A stretch of DNA of 64,000 nucleotides from Candidatus Altiarchaeota archaeon (GTDB taxonomy: Archaea; Altiarchaeota; Altiarchaeia; IMC4; SCGC-AAA252-I15), in NCBI GenBank assembly GCA_043813075.1, contig JBDRLL010000033.1, positions 1-64,000 of the forward strand, in the 5' to 3' direction. Shown here piece by piece: positions 9,425 through 18,500 of the stretch. The notes under the pieces are model-generated. The model saw only the letters and a list, made by a program, of their open reading frames with translations. It ran no database searches and was not told the origin of the DNA. Position 1 is the first letter of the stretch; each line of letters opens with the position of its first letter. The translations under genes and the position numbers were made by a program.

Positions 9425-10555
9425 GTGAAGATGAATGTCCTGATATTCATGTGCGGTGAAGGCTTAGGCCACACCAGCAGGTGCATATCCCTTGGGCGTG
9501 AATTGAAGTCTGCGGGCCATGAAGTCCATTTCGGAGCCTACGGATACTCCAGAGAGCTTATAGAGAAGACGGGATACGATGCGCATGAGATACCGTCTGA
9601 GATAAGGCTTGTCGGGAAGTCGGGGTCCCTCGACATGAGGAAGTCTGTTGAGGCTACGATAAGGAACGCTAAGATACTTGGCGGACCCATGGTACTGAAG
9701 CTTTTGGATGAGTTAAGGCCTGACGTCGTCGTCTCTGACAGCTATTACCTTGGGACGCTAGCTGCGAAGGCGAAGGGCATTCCAGTATACATCATAGTGA
9801 ACCAGACCAACATGAGGGAGTTCTTCGTGAATAGGGGAGTCTCCCTCCGAGTGCTGGGGAGGCTGGCTGAGGGATTCTATTTCAAAGTCTTCGAGAACGT
9901 GGACGGCATAATAATCCCTGACTTCCCGCCGCCGTATACCATCTGCAGCAGGAACCTTTGTTTCACCAGAGATATGGTGGACAACATACTCTACAGCGGG
10001 CCGCTGGTGAGGAGGAAGTACGGGGAGGTTAAGGCTAGAAGACTGAGGAAGCCCCACATACTCTCCATGATAGGTGGTTTTGGCTACAGGGAGGGCATAT
10101 TCAATAACGTGCTGGAGGCCGCCAGGATGTCGGTGGAAGCTGGTTTCACGCTGGTCTCAGGGCCGGGGCTGGAGCCGTCAAAGCTCAAGCTCCCGGGGAA
10201 CGTTAAGATAATGCCGTTCATAGAGGACCCGTTCCCATACATCAAGGGTTCTGACGTCATCATCGCGCCCGGAGGGCACAGCACCACAATGGAGGCCATG
10301 AGCTTCGGGAAGCCGTTGCTCTCCATTCCAGACATGTTCCACAGCGAGCAGGAGAGCAATGCAACAGTAATCGATGAGAAGGGTTTGGGTAAGAGGCTCA
10401 GCTACTTCACGCCAGCTGAAGTGATTTTAGAATGCGTTAGGGAGGTTGTTGAAGACAAATCATTCAGCAAGAGGACACGGCGGATGAGGCGGCTAGCCGG
10501 AAAACTAGACGGCCCCTCACGGATAAGGAGGATGCTTGAGGAAGAGGTGGCATAA
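9425..10555 (+). CDS. GT-B glycosyltransferase, family 28/MurG-like (MJ1255-type)
   Basis: CGEGLGHTSR, GGHST..EA, EQESNA motifs. Confidence 0.88.
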   Translation: MKMNVLIFMCGEGLGHTSRCISLGRELKSAGHEVHFGAYGYSRELIEKTGYDAHEIPSEIRLVGKSGSLDMRKSVEATIRNAKILGGPMVLKLLDELRPDVVVSDSYYLGTLAAKAKGIPVYIIVNQTNMREFFVNRGVSLRVLGRLAEGFYFKVFENVDGIIIPDFPPPYTICSRNLCFTRDMVDNILYSGPLVRRKYGEVKARRLRKPHILSMIGGFGYREGIFNNVLEAARMSVEAGFTLVSGPGLEPSKLKLPGNVKIMPFIEDPFPYIKGSDVIIAPGGHSTTMEAMSFGKPLLSIPDMFHSEQESNATVIDEKGLGKRLSYFTPAEVILECVREVVEDKSFSKRTRRMRRLAGKLDGPSRIRRMLEEEVA

Positions 10556-11112
10556 TGTTCTCTAGGAAGGATGTTGCGTTCCTGACGGCCACCGCTTTGC
10601 TGGGGATAATCTCCTACATCACTGGCCTTGACTATTATCTCGCATCAACCATCAGCAATAGGGCGGCTCATGGAGTGTCGTTGTTCTTCTCGTTCCAGTA
10701 TTACGTCGCGTTCATGGTATTGTCCACCCTCATAATGCTGGTGAAAAACAGGCGGGCGGCCGTGTCCATGGTGGTGTCAGTAACCCTAGTTTTCCTCATA
10801 CAAGGCATGTTCACTGAATTCGCGCCGAGGGCCAGGCCATCAGAGGCGATGCTCATTGGAGCCGGGCTCATGCATCTCATACAGAGTTCTGGGACATCAT
10901 CCAGTTTTTTTTCAGGACACACCGCCAGTTCGATGGTGGTTTACGTCACGTACATGATGGCAGGCCACCATCCTGCAGCAATGCTTGTTCTCGCAGCCCC
11001 CATAATGGCTTCAAGAATCATGCTCGTTCAACACTACTTGAGTGACGTGCTTGGGGGGATAATATTCGGGTATGTGACAGCAAAAGTGGCGTACACACTC
11101 GTTGTGAGATAG
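10555..11112 (+). CDS. PAP2-family membrane phosphatase
   Basis: R.RP, SFFSGH, SRI...QHY.SDV.GG and multiple TM helices. Confidence 0.88.
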   Translation: MFSRKDVAFLTATALLGIISYITGLDYYLASTISNRAAHGVSLFFSFQYYVAFMVLSTLIMLVKNRRAAVSMVVSVTLVFLIQGMFTEFAPRARPSEAMLIGAGLMHLIQSSGTSSSFFSGHTASSMVVYVTYMMAGHHPAAMLVLAAPIMASRIMLVQHYLSDVLGGIIFGYVTAKVAYTLVVR

Positions 11113-11113
11113 C

Positions 11114-12385
11114 TTAACCCATCTCTTTCCTGCCGCCCATACGCTTTTGTAGCGCTTCAGGCACCCTGACCTTTCCGTCTGCAGTCTGGTAGTTCTCCAG
11201 TATCAGGCGTAAAGCCCTGGACGTCGCCACCATCGTGGCGTTGAGCGTGTGAACAGGATTCTTCTCCTGCCCGTGCCTGTATCTTATGCCGAGACGTGCG
11301 GCCTGGTAGCTCGTGCAGTTACTGCAACTCATCAGCTCTATGTACTTGCCTTCACGCGGACTCCAGCCCTCAATGTCGTATTTCTTGGCAGCCACCGTGC
11401 CTATGTCGCCGGTGCAGACGTTGACGACACGGTAGGGTATGCCAACAGCCTTCAACAGCTCTTCAGCGTTCGAGACCAGCTCCTCATGGAGGCTCCAGCC
11501 GTCCTCAGGCTTCGAGAAGACGAACTGCTCTATCTTGTTGAACTGGTGAACCCGGAATAGGCCGCGCTCATCTATGCTATGCTTCCCGATCTCCCTCCTG
11601 AAGCATGGTGATATGCCACAGTACTTCAATGGAAGGTCTGATTCTTCCAGAATCTCGTTCATGTACATTGCGGCCATCGGGTGTTCGCTCGTGGCTATCA
11701 GGTATTCGTCTTCTTCATTTATCTTGTACATGACGTTCTCGAAGTCTGCTAAATCGGTCACACCCTCGTAGGGTTTTCTCCGCATCATCAGCGGCGGCTC
11801 GACGAGCGTGTATCCCTTACCCACCAGCATTTCTATGCCCATCATCATCAGGGCGTAGTCCATGAGCGCGAGGTCTCCCTTCAGGAAGTAGAATCCAGCA
11901 CCAGATATCTTGACCGCCCGATCGAAGTCCGCGAGGCCGAGTTCGACTGCTATGTCACCGTGGTGCTTTAGCTCGAAGCCGGGTTTGGAGGCGTCACCCC
12001 ACGTGCGGACGACGACATTATCCTCCTCGCTCTCGCCGACAGGAACGGAATCATGCAGTATGTTAGGCAGACGCATCAGACTATCGTCTATCCTAGACCG
12101 TATTGCATCGCATTCTGACTCGTGCCGTTTAATCTCTTCGCCAACGTCCCTGGCTTCGGCCACGATGGACTTGAAATCCCCGCCAGCCTTCCTGACCTCA
12201 TCCACGTTTGACGAAAGCTGGTTGCGTTTCTGCCGTAAACCATCCATATTCCGCTTCAGAGTCCGCCACTCAGAATCCAGGCTAATAACTTCAGCAAGCC
12301 TTTTCAGATGGGACTTATCTCCCCTGCGGGAGATATTATCCTCGACTGCCTTAGGATCATCCCTGATTAACTTGATGTCTAGCAT
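11114..12385 (-). CDS. serS: Serine--tRNA ligase (bacterial/standard type)
   Basis: MLDIKLIR, coiled-coil arm, ATSEHP, FRRE, RVHQF.K.EQF, SCSNC, HTLNAT. Confidence 0.97.
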   Translation of the reverse strand: MLDIKLIRDDPKAVEDNISRRGDKSHLKRLAEVISLDSEWRTLKRNMDGLRQKRNQLSSNVDEVRKAGGDFKSIVAEARDVGEEIKRHESECDAIRSRIDDSLMRLPNILHDSVPVGESEEDNVVVRTWGDASKPGFELKHHGDIAVELGLADFDRAVKISGAGFYFLKGDLALMDYALMMMGIEMLVGKGYTLVEPPLMMRRKPYEGVTDLADFENVMYKINEEDEYLIATSEHPMAAMYMNEILEESDLPLKYCGISPCFRREIGKHSIDERGLFRVHQFNKIEQFVFSKPEDGWSLHEELVSNAEELLKAVGIPYRVVNVCTGDIGTVAAKKYDIEGWSPREGKYIELMSCSNCTSYQAARLGIRYRHGQEKNPVHTLNATMVATSRALRLILENYQTADGKVRVPEALQKRMGGRKEMG

Positions 12386-12421
12386 ACGGATAGTAATAGG
12401 AATAACTGTTTAAAGAATTGG

Positions 12422-13183
12422 TTAGGACAGGTAGGCTTTGAACACGTCCTCGACGTCCACTATGCCCACCAGCTGGTTCTTATCGTCCACGACAGGCAGT
12501 TTCGTGACGCTCCTTGACACCATCAGTGACGCCGCGTCCCCCACATTCTTCCGGGAGTTCAGTGTTATCGGCGGCGATTTCATGACCTTCTTCACCAGCA
12601 CCTTCCTGCCCTTACCAGACTCCTTCTGTATGCGGGCGGAACCCTTGCTTAGCAGATCAATCTTGGTTATCATACCCTTAACCATCTTCTTCTCGACGAC
12701 AGGCAGGCCTCCGAGGCCGGACTCCATCATCTTGTCCCATATCTTGGATAGCTCGTCTTCAGGGCTGCATGTTATGACAGACGTTGTCATGATGCTTTCG
12801 AGGGTTTTCTTAGAGGGCTTGCGGTTTTCAATAACGTGTTTCAGCACGTCCCTGGATGAGATTATGCCCTTGAATTCCTGGCCATCCACCACTGGGAGGT
12901 ACAGTATCTTGGAATTCATTATCTTCTCTGCCGCGGCCATCACGTCTTCATCAGAGGATATGGTTATCACGTTGCTGTTCATTATGCCGTCTATCGTGAG
13001 GTTCGTCTTGGTGGAAGTGACCTTGAGTACGTCACCCCGCGAGAGTATTCCGATTAACCTGCCGGCATCGCATACGGGAAGTATCCGGACCTTGCTGTCC
13101 CGTATGATAGAACGGGCTTTTGACGCAGAGTCGTCTGGCTTCACACAGTCTATGTTTGTTCTCAGTATCTCCTTTACGAGCAT
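12422..13183 (-). CDS. CBS domain protein (four CBS repeats)
   Basis: Four LPV-D-G-I motifs. Start moved to ATG at 13183. Confidence 0.9.
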   Translation of the reverse strand: MLVKEILRTNIDCVKPDDSASKARSIIRDSKVRILPVCDAGRLIGILSRGDVLKVTSTKTNLTIDGIMNSNVITISSDEDVMAAAEKIMNSKILYLPVVDGQEFKGIISSRDVLKHVIENRKPSKKTLESIMTTSVITCSPEDELSKIWDKMMESGLGGLPVVEKKMVKGMITKIDLLSKGSARIQKESGKGRKVLVKKVMKSPPITLNSRKNVGDAASLMVSRSVTKLPVVDDKNQLVGIVDVEDVFKAYLS

Positions 13184-13187
13184 GTGA

Positions 13188-13742
13188 TCACTCACTAACA
13201 CCAGAGCATTCGTCGCATAATAGACGACCATCAACGTTGACTAGACTCTCCGAGTAGTTCTCGCACGTCTCGCATATTCCAGTGACCTTGCCTTCTGAGG
13301 CGGCCGTGGCTTCGCTGATGCTCCACTTGGCGTGCTCTCTGATCAGGAGGTGTAGTGCTGGCTCCACGCGGACTATGTCGAATTCTGATATTACGCCCAC
13401 TATCTTGCCCTTGTCTTTAACGAGTATCCGCCTGATGTTCTTGTCCCGCATTATCCTGGCGGCGTCGTCGACGTCTGCCCCAGGATTTATGGTTATGATC
13501 GGGCTGGTCATCACGTCAGCTATCTTGGAGGTCTCAGGGCTCTTCCCTTCAGCAACTATCTTTGAGATTATATCCCTCTCAGTGACTATGCCAACTCCAT
13601 CACCCTTTTCCACCACGATAACAGAGGATATGTCGTTCTTCTTCATTACTTCGGCCGCGTTTTTCACTGTGTCGCCGACGTCAACGCATATAACACCCCT
13701 CGTCATGACGTCCCCAACGCTCAAATCCTTGATCTCATCCAT
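13188..13742 (-). CDS. CBS pair protein with C-terminal Zn ribbon
   Basis: GIVTERDI CBS motif, followed by GICETC...LLCDEC. Confidence 0.9.
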   Translation of the reverse strand: MDEIKDLSVGDVMTRGVICVDVGDTVKNAAEVMKKNDISSVIVVEKGDGVGIVTERDIISKIVAEGKSPETSKIADVMTSPIITINPGADVDDAARIMRDKNIRRILVKDKGKIVGVISEFDIVRVEPALHLLIREHAKWSISEATAASEGKVTGICETCENYSESLVNVDGRLLCDECSGVSE

Positions 13743-13807
13743 TCGCTTGCACCTCGTTTATTAAACTATTCGCTCAAGTTTAAATACAATTCTTTTAGAG
13801 CTTAAAA

Positions 13808-15520
13808 ATGGTGGAAGCATACTTTGAAATAAAGCGCAAGGACGGTGCAGGAAGGCTTGGTCTGCTCAGCGTTAACGGGAAGATTGTGGAGACTCCTGCC
13901 TTGATGCCGGTCTACAACATCTCGAAGCCGGTCGTGAGTGTTCAAGAGCTGGTGGGTGAATTCGGTGTCAGCGCGCTTATGACCAACGCCTACATGCTGC
14001 TAAAGAACCCTGAGCTTAAGGAAGAGGTGTTGGAGAGGGGGATACACGAGCTCATCGGCTTTGACGGCGTGATTGCCACTGATTCGGGCAGCTACCAGCT
14101 CATGGTCTACGGGGCGGTTGAGACCACCAACAGGGACATAATCAAGTTCCAGGAGGATATTGGGTCTGACATAGGCAGCTTCCTGGACATCCCGACGCTG
14201 CCTGACGCCTACAAGCCAAGGGCGAAGCAACAGCTGGAGGAGACCATACGCAGGTCTAGGGAGGCTGTTGACGCAGGATTCCTAGTGAATGCGGGGATAC
14301 AGGGTGGCGTGTACACTGACCTGCGTGAGCAGGCTGCGAGGGAGACCAGCCAGGTGTCAAAACTGGTTGCTGTCGGGGGTATAGTGCCCTTGATGGAGAA
14401 GTACCGTCTCGCAGAGCTGGTTGACGTGATAGCGACTGTAAAGAAGAACATACCCAACGACAAGGTAGTGCACGCTTTCGGGCTCGGACACCCGATGGTG
14501 TTCGGCCTCGCGGCGCTGCTGGGGTGCGACCTGTTCGACAGCGCAGCATACGCACTATACGCGCAGGACGACAGGTACTTGACGGAGTATGGCACTGAAA
14601 AGCTTGCGGAACTGGAGTACATGCCATGCTGCTGTCCGGTGTGCAGTGAACACGGCCTAGGATTGAAGAATCTCTATGGGATGGACAGGGTTAAGGCATT
14701 GGCGAGGCATAATCTTTACGTATCGTTCACGGAGTTGAGGAGGGTGAAGCAGGCCATCACTGAAGGGAGCCTGTGGGAGCTTGTGCTGTTGAGGTGCAGG
14801 AGCCATCCCGCCTTGATGAAGGCGCTTGATGTTTTGATGACGCATTCGGAGTGGATTGCCGGTCTTGACCCCATAACAAAGGGCACCGCATTCTATTACA
14901 CTGGAGCTGAGTCAGCGGGTCGGAGCGAGGTGTTGAACGCGAGGGCGCGCATCGGGAGGGTTGAGTGCGACAACACAATAAGGTTGATGCCCTTCGGAGA
15001 TGTGCCTGCCGGGATAATGGACATATACCCTTTTGGCACCATACTGGATGATGCTGTGAACATGCCTGTTGTGAGGGACTTGGCTAAGGTGAGGGCGTTG
15101 ATGGACTACCAGTTTGGGAAAGGTGCTGGAGAGCTCATACCGGATAGCGTTAGGATCAAGAGGAGCCGGAAGACGAGGAGGATGCGGTGGATTTACGAGG
15201 GAAAGGACATGTTAGCGTCTGTGCGCGCTTCGGATCATTTCATCATACCGCACGAGAAGCTTGCTTTGCGGCTGAGGGAGAAGTTCAATGCTCCGAGACT
15301 GCGGGTCGTATTGACTGACGAGCCGGAGGCGGTCGAGTTCGTGAGGCAGGGCAAGAGCGTGATGTGCAAGTTCGTTGAGAGCGTCGACCCGGAGCTGCGT
15401 TGCGGCGACGAGTGCATTGTCGTGGACAAGGACGACGAGTTCGTGCGGACAGGGACGCTAGCATTATCACCCAGCGAGATAATGGATTTCACGCGTGGCG
15501 CTGCCGTTAAAACCAGGTAG
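13808..15520 (+). CDS. tgtA: tRNA-guanine(15) transglycosylase (archaeosine)
   Basis: ETPALMPV, DSGSYQ, HAFGLGHP, DLFDSAAY, C.CPVC..HN Zn site, C-terminal PUA domain. Confidence 0.96.
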   Translation: MVEAYFEIKRKDGAGRLGLLSVNGKIVETPALMPVYNISKPVVSVQELVGEFGVSALMTNAYMLLKNPELKEEVLERGIHELIGFDGVIATDSGSYQLMVYGAVETTNRDIIKFQEDIGSDIGSFLDIPTLPDAYKPRAKQQLEETIRRSREAVDAGFLVNAGIQGGVYTDLREQAARETSQVSKLVAVGGIVPLMEKYRLAELVDVIATVKKNIPNDKVVHAFGLGHPMVFGLAALLGCDLFDSAAYALYAQDDRYLTEYGTEKLAELEYMPCCCPVCSEHGLGLKNLYGMDRVKALARHNLYVSFTELRRVKQAITEGSLWELVLLRCRSHPALMKALDVLMTHSEWIAGLDPITKGTAFYYTGAESAGRSEVLNARARIGRVECDNTIRLMPFGDVPAGIMDIYPFGTILDDAVNMPVVRDLAKVRALMDYQFGKGAGELIPDSVRIKRSRKTRRMRWIYEGKDMLASVRASDHFIIPHEKLALRLREKFNAPRLRVVLTDEPEAVEFVRQGKSVMCKFVESVDPELRCGDECIVVDKDDEFVRTGTLALSPSEIMDFTRGAAVKTR

Positions 15521-15556
15521 GGGGACTATTATTATCGTTTATCCCATTATTACTCT

Positions 15557-18500
15557 ATGGGCAAGGTCGTCCATCACCCAAGGCATCCTGACGCCAGGGG
15601 CAAGGTTGTTCTGCAGGAGGACGGGGAGCATCTGACCATCAGGTTTAACGAAGAGCTTCTAGGGGCTAACACCCATCTCCTGGGCAGGCTGCATGATGCC
15701 ACAGGCCATACGGCACTGAAGAAGCTTGGGTCAGACAGCGTTAAGAAGCTTGTCACCGTATTGGACAGCGAGCGCGCTCACCTGGAGGAGACTGGAGGTA
15801 ACGCCGATGAGAAGAGGCTTGTGGGCAGGGCGCTGGACGCACTAGTACTGCATTTGCATAGGATTGGCGAGGGACATGATCTCCCGAACCATCTGTCGAG
15901 CCGCCACTTCTTTGCCAGGGAGTCGGAACTGCATAACCTGAGCGTTGGTGATATGAGGAGCAGGCTGTCCGCCTTCCTGTCGCCGACGAGGATCATGGAC
16001 GCCAGCAATCCGGCGATGCACTTGAGGGCTATTATGACGCACAGACCGCAGAGGAGTGAAGAGGATTCGGGTTTCTTTTATGACAGTGACATACAGTGTT
16101 TCGTGAGGGATGATGTGGAGCCGATGCTTGAAAGGGATGACTTGAGCGCTAGGACAGTCAGGAGGAGCATCAGCGAGGGCCGGGTGGTGACCACACTTAC
16201 CACCAGGTCAAGCCATGTCATAGAGTTCAGGGATGGATCTCCAGTCCTGACTGCGATTGGGGGTAGGAATTGCGAGCATTTGACTCTTGACAGAGACGGT
16301 AATACAACACCCTTACTTGCCGAAATCCAGGAGTCTATCGACATACATGACTTTGGTTCAAGCCCTGGGGGCAGGGCTCTCGCCAGCAGGTTGAGGCATG
16401 CTACTGAGCATATGAAATGGAAGGAGAAGCATGAGGCCCACGAGCAGTACAAGAGGCTTTGGAAGTCTCTTGGTCCTGATGAGAGGGCTGCGCTTGAGAC
16501 TCCTGATGCTATCGCAGGCTTCATGGGGCCTAACTTGGGTGAGGGGGTTAGGCGTAGTATTGTTGATGGCATGCTGTCTAGGAGCATGTCGGCGGATGAC
16601 GTTAGGGCAGTAGCTTCAGCGGAGTGCGTGGGTATGCTTGCGGCAGCGTATTCGAAGGAGGGTTATGGTGTTGTCGCAGACAACTATCTGGACAGGCTTG
16701 CTTCAGCCGCGCCCGCAGAGAAGGCCCTGCTCGGGCGCAGGGGTTTTGTGGAGGACTTGCGCAGTCACTTGTCTAAAGCCACTGGGGAGGATGGTCTTAT
16801 GGGTCAAGTTGCGTCAAGAGTGAACGAGCTTGTGGACTATGTCGCAGACTCGTCCAGGCATCACGGGTGCAGGCAGGTGTTCACGCTCCACGGGGTTTCA
16901 AAGGCTTACTTGGGTGATAAGGACATGCGGTTGGATGTTCTGGAGGCTAATCTCCCGCAGGACGAGAGGACGCGGGCATTTCTTATAGACACTGGAATGG
17001 CAGCGTCAATGATAACAGAGTCATCTCACCGGGAGGTTCTGGTGGAGACCATGTCAAAGACCACGCCGGAGATTGTGGACAGGATACGGGGGACTCTCGT
17101 GGAAGCCAGACTGAGGGACGGGAGCCTCACTGGATTCGGCAGGCTAGTCCTGTTCAGAGACCAGGAGAGCAGGAATGCGGTGGCCGCATGCGGTACAGTC
17201 GCGAGACTGGGGCCTTTGGCTGGTAACGCTTATCTGAACGCTGCAGTACAGAGCCTCCACGACAAGGCCACCATCTACGCTGACCCGGATTACATAGCCC
17301 TCCTTGAGGCTTCCAGCGACGAGGCAGGCCAGGCGCTGGTCCACGGCCAGCACACCCTAGTGAATCATTGGGTGACTAACAGGGAGTTCTGGGGGAGTCA
17401 GGAGGCTAGAGCCATGTGCGGTGCCGCGGATTATAAGGTTATGAAGGCGCTTATCGCAGCGCACGATAAGTGGGAGAGGCTTCCTGACGGATTCGCCCAG
17501 GCTGGTACCGCACTCGCACAGGGCAATGCGAGTGAAGGGGAGATAGCCGCGTGGGCGAAGGCTGCTAAGGGCGGCCTGCAGAGCGCGTTGATGAATCAGG
17601 GGTGCGTGGCGAATCTCATGTCCATGGGTTCAGACCCGAACACGAGGGAGCCTAGGACTAAGGCTTTGCTGAGTGAGATGGGGGATCTTGTTGGTGAGAA
17701 AGTTTGGAGCCCGACTGGAAGGACTAGTGGGAGGAGGCGTCCTAGGGACGGCGGGGAGAATATGGGTAAGGCCATAGTCGATACGCTGGCTGACGATGAG
17801 ACTAGGAGGAGGCTGATGGGCCTCCCCAATGAGGAGGCGCTTAAAAACGGGTTCTCGCTGGCTGTGGACGAGAAGGCTCGTGGGAGAGCATACTGTGTGC
17901 CTGCGGCAGACGCCCTGCAGCATTCGGAGTTCATGCCCCCACAGATGGCTGCCATGTATCTGGGCGAGGCGAAGGAGGATCTGGACGAGCATGAGGAAGC
18001 GAGTAGGGGTAGTATGTTACGTGATAAAGCGCTCTTAAGATTGATTGCTGAGAAGCTTCCTGAGGGGGTGGCGGCCCACGTGGTCAAGATGATGGGGTCG
18101 ATTCACTTCACGAGACCGGAGGAGTTGAAGGCGCTCCTGCGGGATGCTGAAGGGCCGGTTATCCCTGATGGGCTTACCGTTGAACAGGGTGGTTCACTGC
18201 TCTCGCTACAGATTGATGTTCCGGAGGGATTCCCGGTCGCTGACGTGAAGCGTGCTGTCGCAACCATGTGCGGGGCGGAGGCTGTAGCACCGACAGACTA
18301 TGATGGCACGCCCATACCTGTGACGCCTGATAAGATGAAGAGCGAGAGCGTATCAACGTACATGAGCCACATGTCTGAAAAGAAGAATGACATGCACTTT
18401 GACCATGATGGGGTTGGGGGTCATTTAGAGGTTGTCAGGCAGGCGACCGAGACGTTCACCCTGCTAGGACCACTCGGTTATGGTTATAGTCGCGAGGACT

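Noticed and set aside
12438-13187. Long antisense ORFs (e.g. 249 aa opposite the CBS gene, 250 aa at 56824-57576)
   Set aside because: Ser/Thr- or Arg-rich shadow frames of well-supported genes with no independent motifs.
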